This document shows, piece after piece, positions 1 through 11,413 of a stretch of DNA of 64,000 nucleotides (its first letter is position 1; each line of letters opens with the position of its first letter). The position numbers and the translations under genes are program-made. Origin of the DNA: Isurus oxyrinchus. Its lineage: Eukaryota. A model generated the notes under the pieces. It ran no database searches and was not told the origin of the DNA. It saw only the letters and a list, made by a program, of their open reading frames with translations. The stretch spans positions 21,452,001-21,516,000 of the forward strand of contig JANJGN010000011.1 of the NCBI GenBank assembly GCA_026770705.1. Reading direction: 5' to 3'.

Positions 1-490
1 TAGTTTTCACATGTACATTAATGACACTCTGCTCTACCTCACATCTACCTCTTGACTGCTCCACTATTGACAACACGCCACTCTATCTCACTGCTACCCC
101 TCTTCACTTCTCCAATATTGATAAACTATCAGACTGCTTATGGATGAGCAGAAATTTCTTGCAATTAAATATTGGGAAGACTGAAGCCATTGTTTTTGGC
201 CCCTGCTCCTAACTCTGTTCCCGAGTTACCAACTCCATCCCTGTCCCTGACCACAGACTGAGGTTAAGCCAGTCTGTTCGCAACCCTGATATCACGTTTA
301 ATGCCGAGACGATCTTCCAACCTTATATTCACTCCATCACCAAGACTGCCTATTTCCACATTTGTAACCTTGACTGACTTCATCCTGTCTCAGCTCATCT
401 CTTGCTGAAACCCTTATCCATGCCTACATTACCTCTAGGCATGACTATTTCAACATACTCTTGGCTGGCCTCCCCCATTCTACACTCAAG
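1..490 (+). mobile_element. L2 LINE fragment (RT C-terminal part), decayed
   Basis: Translates as ..WMSRNFLQLNIGKTEAIVFG.. and, near 410-480, an ETLIHAYITSRHDYFNILLAGLP-like segment. Both are typical of the L2 ORF2 C-terminus. Stops are present. Confidence 0.75.
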
Positions 491-617
491 AAGGAAATAT
501 TAGCTGTTAGGAAGGTCCTAAAGGTGGATAGAGGTTTGGAGAAAGATTTCCAGATGGCCAAAGGTACATCCATTAAAAATGTGGAGAATGTCAGTGTGAG
601 AGAAACATAAAGTTTGG

Positions 618-1128
618 AGCTCAGGAGTATGATGGAATACTCCCCACTTGCTTGGATGAGCGCAGCTCCCACAACACTCAAGAAGCTTGACACAGTCCAG
701 GACAAAGCATCCTGCTTAATTGGCACTACATCCACAAACATCCACTCCCTCCACCACCGACACACATTAGCAACAGTGTGTACACTCTACAAGGTACGCT
801 ACAGGAATTCACCAAGGCTCCTTCAACAGCACCTTCCAAACCCACGACCACTATCATCCTGAAGGATAAGGGCAGCAGATAGATGGGATCACCACCCACC
901 TGGAAGTTCCTCTCCAAGTCACTTACCATTCTGACTTGGAAATATATTATCGTTCCTTCACTGTTGCTGGGTCAAAATCCTGGAACTCTCTCCCTAAAGG
1001 CATACCTACACCACATGGACTGCAATGGTTCAAGAAGGCAGCTCACCACCACCTTCTCAAGGGCATCTAGGGATGGGCAATAAATACTGGCCCAGCCAGC
1101 GAAGCCTACATACCATGAATGAATAAAA
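618..1128 (+). mobile_element. CR1-group non-LTR retrotransposon 3' fragment (family A)
   Basis: RSMMEYSPLAWMSAAPTTLKKLDTVQDKA peptide and a 3' tail atgaatgaataaaaa. The same sequence recurs at about 3700-5440, 28240-28310, 51640-52445 and inverted at 54705-56560. Confidence 0.8.
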
Positions 1129-1365
1129 AGTGGCTACAGAGATGAGGATGTGAAGGGATTTAATCATAAGCATGAGATTTTTAAGTTAGAGGCTTTGGTG
1201 TGGGGAGGGATGGCGGAGCGATCCAGGAGCCAATGCAGGTCAGCAAGGATAAGGGTGAGCTGGACTTAGTATGGAGTATGATATGGGCATGACATGCCAC
1301 ATCATGAGTTTTGGATGAACTGAAGTTTACAGAAGATGGGAGACTGACCAGGAGTCAAGTCTGGG

Positions 1366-1748
1366 ATTTTTTTTTCTTCCATCTTTGGAAGAGGTGGTGT
1401 TGCCAAGATCGGCATCAGTTGCCCATACCTAATTGCCCTTGAACTGAGTCGCTCAGGGGGCAGTTAAGAGTCAACCACATTGTTGAGGATCTGGAGTCAC
1501 ATGTAGACAGGACCAGGTAAGGAGGACAGATTTCCTTCCCTAAAGGGTATTAATGAACCAGATGGTTTTATGACAATCAATGATGGCTTATGGTCACCAT
1601 TACTGAAGCTAGCTTTCAATTTCAGATTTAAAAATAATAGCATTTAAATTCCACCAGGTGCCATGATAGGATTTGAACCCATGTACCCAGGGCATTAGCC
1701 TCTGGATTATCCAGCCCACTGACATTATCACTATGCCACCAACTCCCC
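1366..1748 (-). mobile_element. tRNA-derived SINE inserted in a minus-strand L2 remnant (about 1130-1920)
   Basis: Minus-strand B box GGTTCAAATCC at 1669-1679 with an A-box-like TGGCATAGTG upstream. A-rich tail (T run near 1367-1375). The 3' part (attgcccttga) resembles the family A LINE 3' UTR. Confidence 0.7.
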
Positions 1749-2573
1749 CCTAAGTAGTCATGTCTGGAAATTAAAAAAGGCATGGATGAGGGTTTCAGCA
1801 GTGGATAGATTGAGGCAGGGAAGGAAGGGGTTTGATGTCAGAGGTGGAAGGAAACAGGTGAACTTTGTGATAGAGATTGTAATCTGAAAGTCAGCTCAGG
1901 TCAAATAGAATGTCAAGAAGATCTGCCAGTGATGTTCCACCCACCGCAGTCATTTCCCCCCACCCTCCTTCCCATCATAATTTAAAGAGTTAATAGAAAT
2001 AGGATGAAGTCTACACATAACTGGGTTCTAAAATTCCAGGGTTGCGCAGCCCAGAAGCACATTTTTCATCTACATTAATATTCCTAATTCAAATTACTTT
2101 CACTTTCAGTTTCCATCTACCTGTTGCCCAAACTGGAAAAGTATGGCCCTGACATACATTCTTATCCAATATTTTAACTCCATTCATATTATAATCTAGT
2201 GTCCTTAACCCATTGGATACTTGTGGTCCACTGGCTCCTGCAACAAAAAAAATTGATTTTTTAATAGGCCTACAGTTGTTGACTTAAGCTAATTAGGTGG
2301 CAATGAATTGTAGTTTGTCACAGTCTCCAACTAATTGCAAGGCCAGAGGTGATTATGCCTTTTTGTTCAGGGAATTAGTTACACAATAAACTCTTGTCAG
2401 TGTAGCAATTACACAATAAACTCCTGTCCTGTGAGTAGCATTCCTGCCTTGGTTTGGTCAATCAAACACTTCCTAAAATCCTAAAAAAGATAATGGCTTC
2501 AGATTAAAATAAAATCAAATCATTTATAAATAGGTACAGGTTTATCTGGCTGTCTACTGCCTTCCAAATACTG

Positions 2574-3151
2574 GGGACAGGATTTTGGGTTGGGACCCGG
2601 ACGTTGGGGCCAAAAGGCGGTCCTGACCCCTCACTGTGTTGGGATCATCACGTGGCAGTGACTTTTCATGAATTGACCAATTAGTGGCCAGAGAGCACAC
2701 CCGCCATCCAACGGGTGGTCTCTTGAAGCTGGAGGGCCAATAGGAAGCTTTCCAACACAGGAGCTGAAGGCTGCCATTGCAGGCAAGAGAGATATCCAGA
2801 TGGGTGGGAAGCACCTCAAAACCTGCCTGCAGCACTGCCCACAGCCACCGCCCACCCACCGACCCCCATTCACCACCACCCCCTCCCCTCCACTCACCTA
2901 CCCCATCCCCAGCACTGGGAGACTGCCTCTGGGCAGCTGGCCTATTTCCAACTGGAAAATTCCAATCCGCCTCTGGTAATTGGCCCCAATTGGCTTTTCA
3001 CTTACTTTAATTTCTTCCACTCCAATCTTGTATATGGGAAAATGGCCCGAGAGCGGGATGTTGCTGGCAAATTGGCATGCTGGCCAGCAGCCTTAATTTA
3101 CACACCTGTCTGACTCTGTTCTCAGCCCCACTATAGAGTGAAAATTCTGCC
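2574..3151. mobile_element. Non-autonomous DNA transposon (Harbinger-type MITE)
   Basis: Degenerate TIRs ggacaggatttt ... aaaattctgcc around a GC-rich noncoding interior. The termini match other MITEs in the window. Confidence 0.55.
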
Positions 3152-3699
3152 TAGGCCTCAACTCAATGTGTCACAAAACCAGTGGAATGAGTTTAAAAAT
3201 TTTGTGCATGAGAAATAAACCTGTATGCTGCCTGTCTTTTACAAATTTTAAGAAAATGCATTCACCACCCCACCCCTCCCGCAACTTTCTGCCTATTTCT
3301 CCTCAAGCTAGTCACTCATGCTGCAATATAGCTCCACAGAAACCTTCCTGTACCTCATCCAAATGTGTATTCTTCACAAGTCTAAAAAATGGGTGTTGGA
3401 AGGTGTTTGCCAATAGGCGTATCATAGCTGTGACTCATCTTGTCCCCACTTTATGGTGGTATTTTATGGAGCCTACAAGAGCGGGGTGACCTAATTAGGT
3501 GGAATGGGAAATTTTGATTTCTCAGTGATAGATTGATGAAGTTAGTTGATGGCATGTCAATAATTACTCTGACCTGTGGTGGGTTCATACTTGCAATACA
3601 TTTGCACGTGTTCTCTTACATCACTGTGTGGGCAGGACTGTATGCAGTCCCACATTAACCCTATTTGTGCCAGACCCTTATACTACAGATGCAACCCCC

Positions 3700-5440
3700 A
3701 TGATCAGTACCTCATCCACCACCTTAAACTTTTACTCCCTTCACCATTGTCTTTTAATAACTGCAGTGTGTACCATCTACAAGATGCACAGCAGCAACTC
3801 ACCAAGGCTCATTTGATCACACCATCTAAACCCACAGCCTCTGCCACTACTATAAGAAGAACAACAGATGAATGGGAACACTGCCACCTATGGGTACTCC
3901 TCTAAGATTTGGAGCTGTATCAGTGTTCCTTCACTGCCGCTGGGTCAAAATCTTAGAACTCCCTTCCTAACAGCACTGTGGGTGTACCTACTGTTATGAT
4001 CCCCAGCTGAGGTTACGTCTGATCCCAGGATGGAACCCAGCTTGATAGATCCTAACTTTTATTTGTTTGTTTTGATACGTGGAAAGGGGCTACTGAACAG
4101 ACACTGGAGTCAGCAAATGAACTTTTAACAAAAACATAACATTTATTAAACAAGAAAAGATGAACAATATTACAATACTCCTGCACCAACAATTATACTT
4201 TTACAGATATATACAGATTTGTAAGGGTAACTCAAGTTACAAAAGCTATCTTACACACTAATGTTCACAGTAAGTACACAGTCCATGTAACCCAATTGGC
4301 AACCTGTGGTCAGACACACCACACTCTGAAACCAAGTGACAGATGCCACCTCAACCAAATGCTATGGATCTCTCCTCAACTCCTGCCATCCCCACACCCC
4401 CCCCCCCCCGCCCCCACCAGATGCTTGTCACACTGTGAGCCAACTGGTCTCACTGCACTCCGTCTTTCACATGAGGGTTTCCAATCTCCACTTGAAGAAC
4501 ACACTTTGGAATCATCTCCCAAACCGATGCTTTTTCACAGCTTCCTTCTGCAAGGGTTCACCCCCCAGGGTTTCAAACTCTCCTTCTGATGTTCCTCTTT
4601 CCTGGGTCACCATATGCTTTCAAGCTTCCTTCCATACATTCTGTCTCTCCAACTCAGCTGTCAACAGTATACCACTGCTTCACATGCCCATAGCAAAGAC
4701 TTATAGGCCTTCAGCCATCTATTTGGACCTTCTTGCCTCTTGAAAGTTGTTCTCACTTTAAATCTGTTTTCTGCAGCTTTTGTCTCTTTAAATCTGAAAC
4801 TCTGGAGCCTTTCTCTTTGCCCCTCACTCTTAACATTAACATTCATTAACAGGACCTTTTCCAGGTTCCTGTCCTTCCTTTGACTAGAAGGCCTGCTTGG
4901 GACTTTCCCCTGTTTCTGTCTCTTTTGGCCTTGGGACCATTTTGCTTCTTTTGGGAAATCTGCTCTCACTCTGCAGTTCCCTCTCCCAGTGTCCAGTCTC
5001 TCTGGATTCCTTGCTTCAAACTGAACTCAAAACTGCTGTTTCTCTAGTTTTTGTGTCTCTGGGAGGGACTTGCCTCTCTGGACCCCTGTTGCTGGGCAAC
5101 AGCCCACTTTCTCTACTCTTGTTTGTTTAACTTAACTGCCAAAGTTGTAAATCTCATTAGAAACGCAGGCATCTTTTAAAGTGAAACTAAATTTGACCTT
5201 TACTAACAAAGATACAGAAATGCAAGTTAAACTTAAACACTAAAGTTAAAACTCATTCCTGACACCCACAAGTACAAATATAACTTACTTAAATTGTCTC
5301 TATTTCCTAACACTACACCACATGAGCTGCAGTAGTTCAAGATGGCTGCTCACCATCTTCTGGAGGGCAATTAAGGATGGTCAATAAATGCTGGCTTCAC
5401 CAGTGATGTTTACATTGTTCAAACAAATAGTAGAAAAAAA
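3700..5440 (+). mobile_element. Family A LINE 3' fragment split by a solo LTR
   Basis: AVCTIYKMHSSNSPRL peptide. The LINE sequence stops at ggtgtacctac (3991) and resumes at ctacaccacatg (5313). Confidence 0.75.
3992..5312. mobile_element. Solo LTR (1321 bp)
   Basis: TGTTA...TAACA termini with an exact 4-bp TSD CTAC (3988-3991 and 5313-5316). It interrupts a recognisable LINE and has no internal pol sequence. Confidence 0.85.
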
Positions 5441-5654
5441 ATGACATGATTGTTTTCCCAGCCACTGATCACCAGCAGTGGCCCTTATTCCAGAACTTCA
5501 TTGCATAATCTGCAGCACTGTCCTTAGATTAAAGTTTGGGGACCAATCTCCTGGGCTCTACAAACTTGACCATTTGTGTGCAGCATACACAGCTAAGGGT
5601 GGCTGAGGGGGAATCAGAGCTCTTGGATTTCTAGTCTGAGGATGGTCTCAATTT

Positions 5655-5757
5655 CCCTCACTCTTTCTTTCTCTCCTCTTTCTTTCTTCTCTCTTTTCTC
5701 CTCTCTGTCTTTCGTTCTGTTTCTTGCTCTCTCTATTTCTTTCTCTCCTTCTCTCTT
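5655..5757. repeat. CT-rich low-complexity tract
   Basis: Visible imperfect (CT/CTT)n run. Confidence 0.85.
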
Positions 5758-6679
5758 GTGTGTATAATGCGAACAATGTGACTTTATAGACATGCTATTG
5801 AAATTCAATGCGGAGGTTGCTACAGTTTGGAAGAAAAGTGGTAAACTATTCAAGCACATTTGGGAAAAGCCCACAGTATTGAGCGAGGCAAGTTAACAGC
5901 CATTGAGCACAATCTACACTTAAGTGCATTAATGAATAGAAGTAGGTCAAGGGAAATCCCCAAGCCTGGAGAAATGCATACCTTTCAATCTGATTTTCAT
6001 TGCATTAAATATTTACCGTTCTTGGGCCTTTCCAAGCGATGTTAAAATCTTGCAGCTCTAATTTTCGACCTAAATAGCCTCAGGGAAGCTCAGCAAGCTG
6101 AAATTCAGCAGCTGGTAGCTGAATGTGCTTTAGTATTTCTATACAGCCCACTAAAAATTCTAATTTTCTTAGAGCAAATTGAGTAGGAATTTACATTGTA
6201 GATTTATTCTGCAGAGGTGCTATTGCATAAAAATAAATGTCAAATTTCAAGAGCTTATTGTCAGAATTCTGGTATAATTTGTTTTACTAACCTATGTCTA
6301 AATAAACTAATGGGGCTTCATTGTGTCAAACAGTGATGATATTTCCACAGAGATTAATTTTAGTTCATATGAATATAATTACAGTTAGTGATGCGTAAGT
6401 AAGATTAAATAGCATTAACTGTAATAAATCATTACTTTGATTAACTATTCATGAAAGATGATTTTGAGATTAATTTATTGGTTAGACTGTAATATTTTCT
6501 GTATATGACAGTTAATTGACTCCTATTCAGATTCATTCAAAATATACAGGACTAGGTTACTAGCTATTGAATGACTGAATTAATCCTTTCTTGCTGACTA
6601 TCAAATAAGAAGGCAGTTGACTTGAACTAACCCAGAACTGTAGATAGCTATACTTGAACTTTAAATTGCTGGTGCTTTC

Positions 6680-7735
6680 CTTCCATTTACTTAGGATGGT
6701 GGTCGTGCAGCAAACCTATTGGGGATGGGGTAGCTTCATATGGTGCACCTTTGCCAATGGCTGAAGAGACCAATCCATAGGAGGCAGGTTCTGCCACAAG
6801 CGCTGCACATGAAGTGTTATGGTGTTGACGTGGTGTTTTTGGTGTGACACCTGTTGTCATGGTGCTGTAACCACTGATTGTAATGGTGGCGCACACTGGC
6901 CCACAGGTGATGCCGCTATTTCCTTTGTCATTAGCTAGGTGTGAAAATCGATGTTGGGTCCTATATGTCACGCTAGCAGGCATCCTTGAAGTGGAGCTTT
7001 GGGTGTCCTACTTGTCTTCTAGCTCTGGCTACCTTGCCATACAGAGAATTCTTGGGTTTGTATCCATCCTCCAACCTGCGACTATGCCTGAGCCAGCTAT
7101 GTTGCCTCTACTTGCAGATGGCCAACATTACTTAGTTGGAAGGGGTTACCAAGGTTGTGATTTTGCCCTTCTATGAGATGCCCAGAGAATGCGCTGCAAA
7201 CAGCGACAATGAAATTTGTTGAGCTTTCTTTCCTAATAGCTGTAAGTTGTCCGTGTTTGCGAGCCGTACAACAAGGTTCTGAGAACACAGGTCCAGTTAA
7301 CCAGCACCTTGGTACTAAGAGTAAGTTTAATGTTATTTCATGCAAGTTTCTTGGAGTTGGTGAAAGGTGGTAGCTGCTTTCTATATGTGTGGATGAAGCT
7401 CTGCATTAAGAAACAGCTGATCTGTCACCATAGACCCAAGATAGCAGAATATGCTGACTACTTCCATTTAGTGAGATCAAGCGAGGGGTTGTGGCATACA
7501 GTCCCATAACCATAGTTTTCTCTGCTGGTGTTGAATGCTTTGAGATCAATGCAAGTAAGGTAAAGAGGTATATCCTATTCCCTATACTTCTGTTATGGCT
7601 GGTGTATGGACAAGATCATATCGGCTGTAGGTCTGCAAGCGTGGAAACTGTGCTTCTGGATACACTCAGTCTGCAAATAGATGGAGTCTTTTGAGTATGA
7701 CCCTAGCGAAGGCCTCCCCTGGGACACCTAGTCCT
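6680..7735 (-). mobile_element. RTE-clade LINE 3' fragment, decayed
   Basis: The minus strand gives a C-terminal FMCSACGRTCL zinc-finger-like segment (about 6780-6815) and upstream RT-thumb-like fragments, with many stops. Confidence 0.55.
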
Positions 7736-7829
7736 ATTTTGCTTGATTATCAGAAAGTTACATTTCAAATTAATGTCTGGGATTGATATAAATTGATGAG
7801 ATTAATTTTAGGTTAGATACATTAGATAA

Positions 7830-8055
7830 AAATAGAATTTGCATTTATATAGTACCTTGCATGACCACAGGACATTGCAAAGAGCTTCAGTCAATGAAGT
7901 ACTTTTGAATTGTAGTCACTGTTGTAATACAGGAAACACCGGAGCCAATTTGTGCATAGCAAGGTTCTTCAACATGCAATGAGATAATGACCAGATAATC
8001 TGTTTTAGTGATGTTGGATGAGAGATAGATGTTAGTCAGGACACAGGGGAGAACC
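7830..8055 (-). mobile_element. SINE 3' half with L2-type tail (Deu-domain/SacSINE-like)
   Basis: The minus strand ends ctatataaatgcaaa and contains cttgctatgcacaaattggctcc...caacagtgactaca, similar to the Deu-SINE central domain as I recall it. Confidence 0.55.
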
Positions 8056-9249
8056 TTGATTTGGGAGACATTGCTGACTGAGTTACTGTTGCAAATTGCA
8101 ACAAAATCTAAATCATTTGCACTAATGTGAAGGAACAGTCTTTCTGAACCTGCCAATTCAACAACCTAACTTTCTGCTTGCCTGTTCGTTCCTTTTGTAG
8201 GGACAGCGCTGTCATCTCCAAAACATTAACGTAGGGAAGAAAAAGACATTTAGAGGGATCTAGGAGAAAACTAATCAAAGATAGTGATGGATGACTGAGA
8301 ATCAGACACGCCTGAGATATGCCTTTTAAAATATTGTGCAGACATAGATTCTGGTACATAGCAGGCTAAGAGAAGTTAGACCTTGGGGTGTAACACTTCC
8401 CCATTTTAGGCAACATCTTGCTTGGTCAAGTCAGGTGTAACACAGTCATCTGCAGAGGAAAGCTAACCCTAATATTAATTATAACATTTTAATAAACTGG
8501 GCAAGTGGGTATGGCCACTTCAACACAACATGTGAGATTACCTGATTTGGTATTGTATTCCAGACAGCAATATTCATTGATCAAGAGGTAGGATGTATGC
8601 TTTCACTAATGCAAGATGGACATTGTTATTCCTCACCCTGCCTTGGTGTAAAATATCTCATTGAGATGTCATTTAAATGCACAACAGTGATCTATGGGTA
8701 GTGGGATGATTCTTGCATACATTCCTTGTATTTAACAATTTTGTTGTAAAAACTTAAGCTTATCTCTAGCTCTAATTTGCATAGACTGGCTTTACTTTCA
8801 CATTTGTATTTATAACTCTAGTGTATACCTCATCTTCCTCCTAATAAAATATACTGTCTCTCAAATAGCACTGATTTGAATTGTTGCAGTTTTGCATGTA
8901 CTATATGGAAGAATTAGTAAGCTCAGCTGCTGTCTGATGCAATCATCATGGCTGATATGGAATCTGCATTTCTTTGACATTTTGTCACATCCCAGAGCAG
9001 TTATCTTCTTGCAAAGGACCATTTGCATTGTTGGAAAGTGCAAGATCAGCAAAATGAAACTGACTACAATTGATTGAGGTGTCACAGCCATTTTCTCTCT
9101 GCTGCTGCAGCTCATGTCTGAACATTTGTATGTGTTTTCAGCTATTGGCTTACTCGTTCATAGATTAAATGGGGAGAATTTTGCTCCTGAGGTTCCTCAT
9201 AGGTATTGAAGGAATCTGTGCGGGCTTGTGCAGGTGGAGGCCCGCAGTT

Positions 9250-9983
9250 TCTCCTGCCATGACCAAGTTCCATGTAGAGCAGTTGCCTTGGGAGTCTGGT
9301 ATCAGATGTAAAAGAAGAGCCATACGGACTCAGAACGTTAACTCTGTTTCCCTCTCCACAGATGCTGCCAGACCTGCTGAGCTTTTCCAGCATTTCCAGT
9401 TATGATACAAACGACATGTCCTGCCCAGCGGAGCTGGCTTTGAGTGATTAGCGCTTCAATGCTGGACATGTTGGTTTGGGGGAGGATGCTGCTGTTGGAC
9501 TGCCTTTTGTGCCACCAGATTTGGAGGATCTTGCAAAGGTACTGCTGGTGGTGCTTCAAAGTGCCTGCTGCAGGTTGACCTAGCCTTCGAAGCATGTAGC
9601 ACGTGGGGAATCACTGCTGCCTGGTAAACCATGATCATAGTCTTGGGTTTTGAGGACTATAGAAATGCTTGAGGGATGTCCTCCAACCATCCCTGAAGAA
9701 GTCAAACTCATGGAAGACCCTAATTTGTGACTGACCAAAATAGAGAAGGTTCATCCGAGGAGGTGCTAAAAACATTGAGAGACTTAAGGAAAACGCAGAG
9801 GAAAAGTCTATGTTGGAGAGAGTGCACAAGTCTTCAAACAACTCATCCACCCGACCCTCTGAGCACCACCTGTCCCTCATGTGGCAGAGTTTGCAGATCA
9901 CACATTGGACTTATTTCAGAACCCATCGAACTGGAGTGGAAGCAAGTCAGCCTCGATTTCTGAGGGCCTGCCTATGAAGAAGA
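9250..9983. mobile_element. RTE LINE 3' end with inverted 5' segment
   Basis: 9250-9653 on minus encodes ..YLCKILQIWW..QLRWAGHVV..RLPRQLLYMELGHGRR. 9653-9983 on plus continues to TTCPSCGRVCRSHIGL and a gaagaagaa tail. Confidence 0.75.
9312..9398 (+). mobile_element. Short Penelope-derived element inserted in the RTE
   Basis: aacgttaactctgtttccctctccacagatgctgccagacctgctgag matches the 3' tail of the Penelope element at 58957-59060 and the copy at 26506-26635. Confidence 0.65.
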
Positions 9984-11413
9984 ATCCAGGGTGCTCACAT
10001 TCCACCCTAACATTTTGAGAAGCAGTTTAAAAAATATAGAAATGAAAAGCTGGCACCTCCATCACTGGCCCCCCTTTCCCAACTGCCATCCCAGGATGCC
10101 CCCTTTTCCTTGGCCTTTCCAACACAAACCCCCTTCCTCGCTTACTCAGGGGCCTCCCCTCTTTACCTATGTCCTGGGCTCCTGGTACTTATAAGCTGGA
10201 GGACTGCCTGCAGTCCCAGCAATGGCCACTACTCCCAGTGGTGCTAGAGGGACTACAGAGCTGCCAGCCAATCTGACTGGCTGGCAGCTCTTTGACATTC
10301 TGGGGCAGAAGGCCTGCCTCTAGCCAATCAATACTCAATGGATTATTAAAAGGCTACAGGACTACCAACCTTGGTGGATTGTGTGTCCCGTCGACTTTTC
10401 CTTAAGGCCTGGCTCTAATTTTTGCACTGTGCCCTGTAGTCCCAGACTCTCCAATCAGAGGAAATAGTTTCTGTCTTCCCTATCTGTTCCCCCTTAAAAC
10501 CTTAAACTTTGATCAAATCCCTGGATTTAGCTAGATTTCATAAATGGATTTTATTTTCCACTTGTTTATTTTTTTGTTTTCTCAATTGTCTCACTTTTCA
10601 TTGGGAAGTGGTTCCAGAGGCATCAACATCATTCTGGTGATTCAGCCTATGAGCCACTCTCCTGTGAGCTCAGACACTGACTCCTGGTTGCCTATTCAGA
10701 CCAGTGCTGATGCTGTTTCCACCTGATGTCCAGTCACTGCACCTCACCTGCTGCCCTAGATAGATCAGCTATTTGCGCACAAACTGAGCTTTGTTACCTT
10801 CTGATTTGTATGGTTGCTACTGCTGCAGTTATTCACTGGGCTATCAGTGAAGCGATGAAAAATGAGCATAAAATGCCTTTTTATGCCTAGAACATTCTCA
10901 TTCTCTCTCTCTCTGTCTCTCTCTCTCTCATGAGATGCCGCTGAGTATTTCCAGCATTTCTGTTTTTATTTTAGATTTTCAGCATCTACAGTACTTTATT
11001 TCTGTATTAAAAATCACATTCTTGACCAGTTAACAAATTTCTCATGGAGCTCAATGGGCTGTTAATTGGCAGCAAGCAGGTTCCCTGTTCCCTTCCCCCT
11101 CCCCACGACACTTCGATTGACATTCCCGACTGCCCGGAGGCATTGGGATCCTGAGTTGACTTTGGCCTCCATCCCAGCAGCATTTGAAAATCAGCACTGA
11201 GACAGACACCCCTCACTCTCCTGTTTGTACATATTCTAGCTATGGAGAGATAGGTAAAAACCTGGAACCTTGAATACAAAGGGGGAAATTTACAAAACAA
11301 AGGTGATCATTATTGTTGAGATCAGGTCTAATATCTGCTAACCATGAGTATGCTATACAAAAAATGTAAATTGTCAGATGCCACTTAGGTCAAAGCTTCT
11401 CCTAATCTGACCG

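Noticed and set aside
2379-2440. 30-bp tandem duplication (ttacacaataaactc..gtc)
   Set aside because: An ordinary two-copy local duplication with no further structure.
5790-5887. Candidate exon (tttatag|...GAG|gcaagt; MLLKFNAEVATVWKK...)
   Set aside because: It has no resemblance to OCA2 exon 3 as I recall it. Its phase is incompatible with the exon at 17195, and the alternative gtaaac donor creates TGA on splicing.
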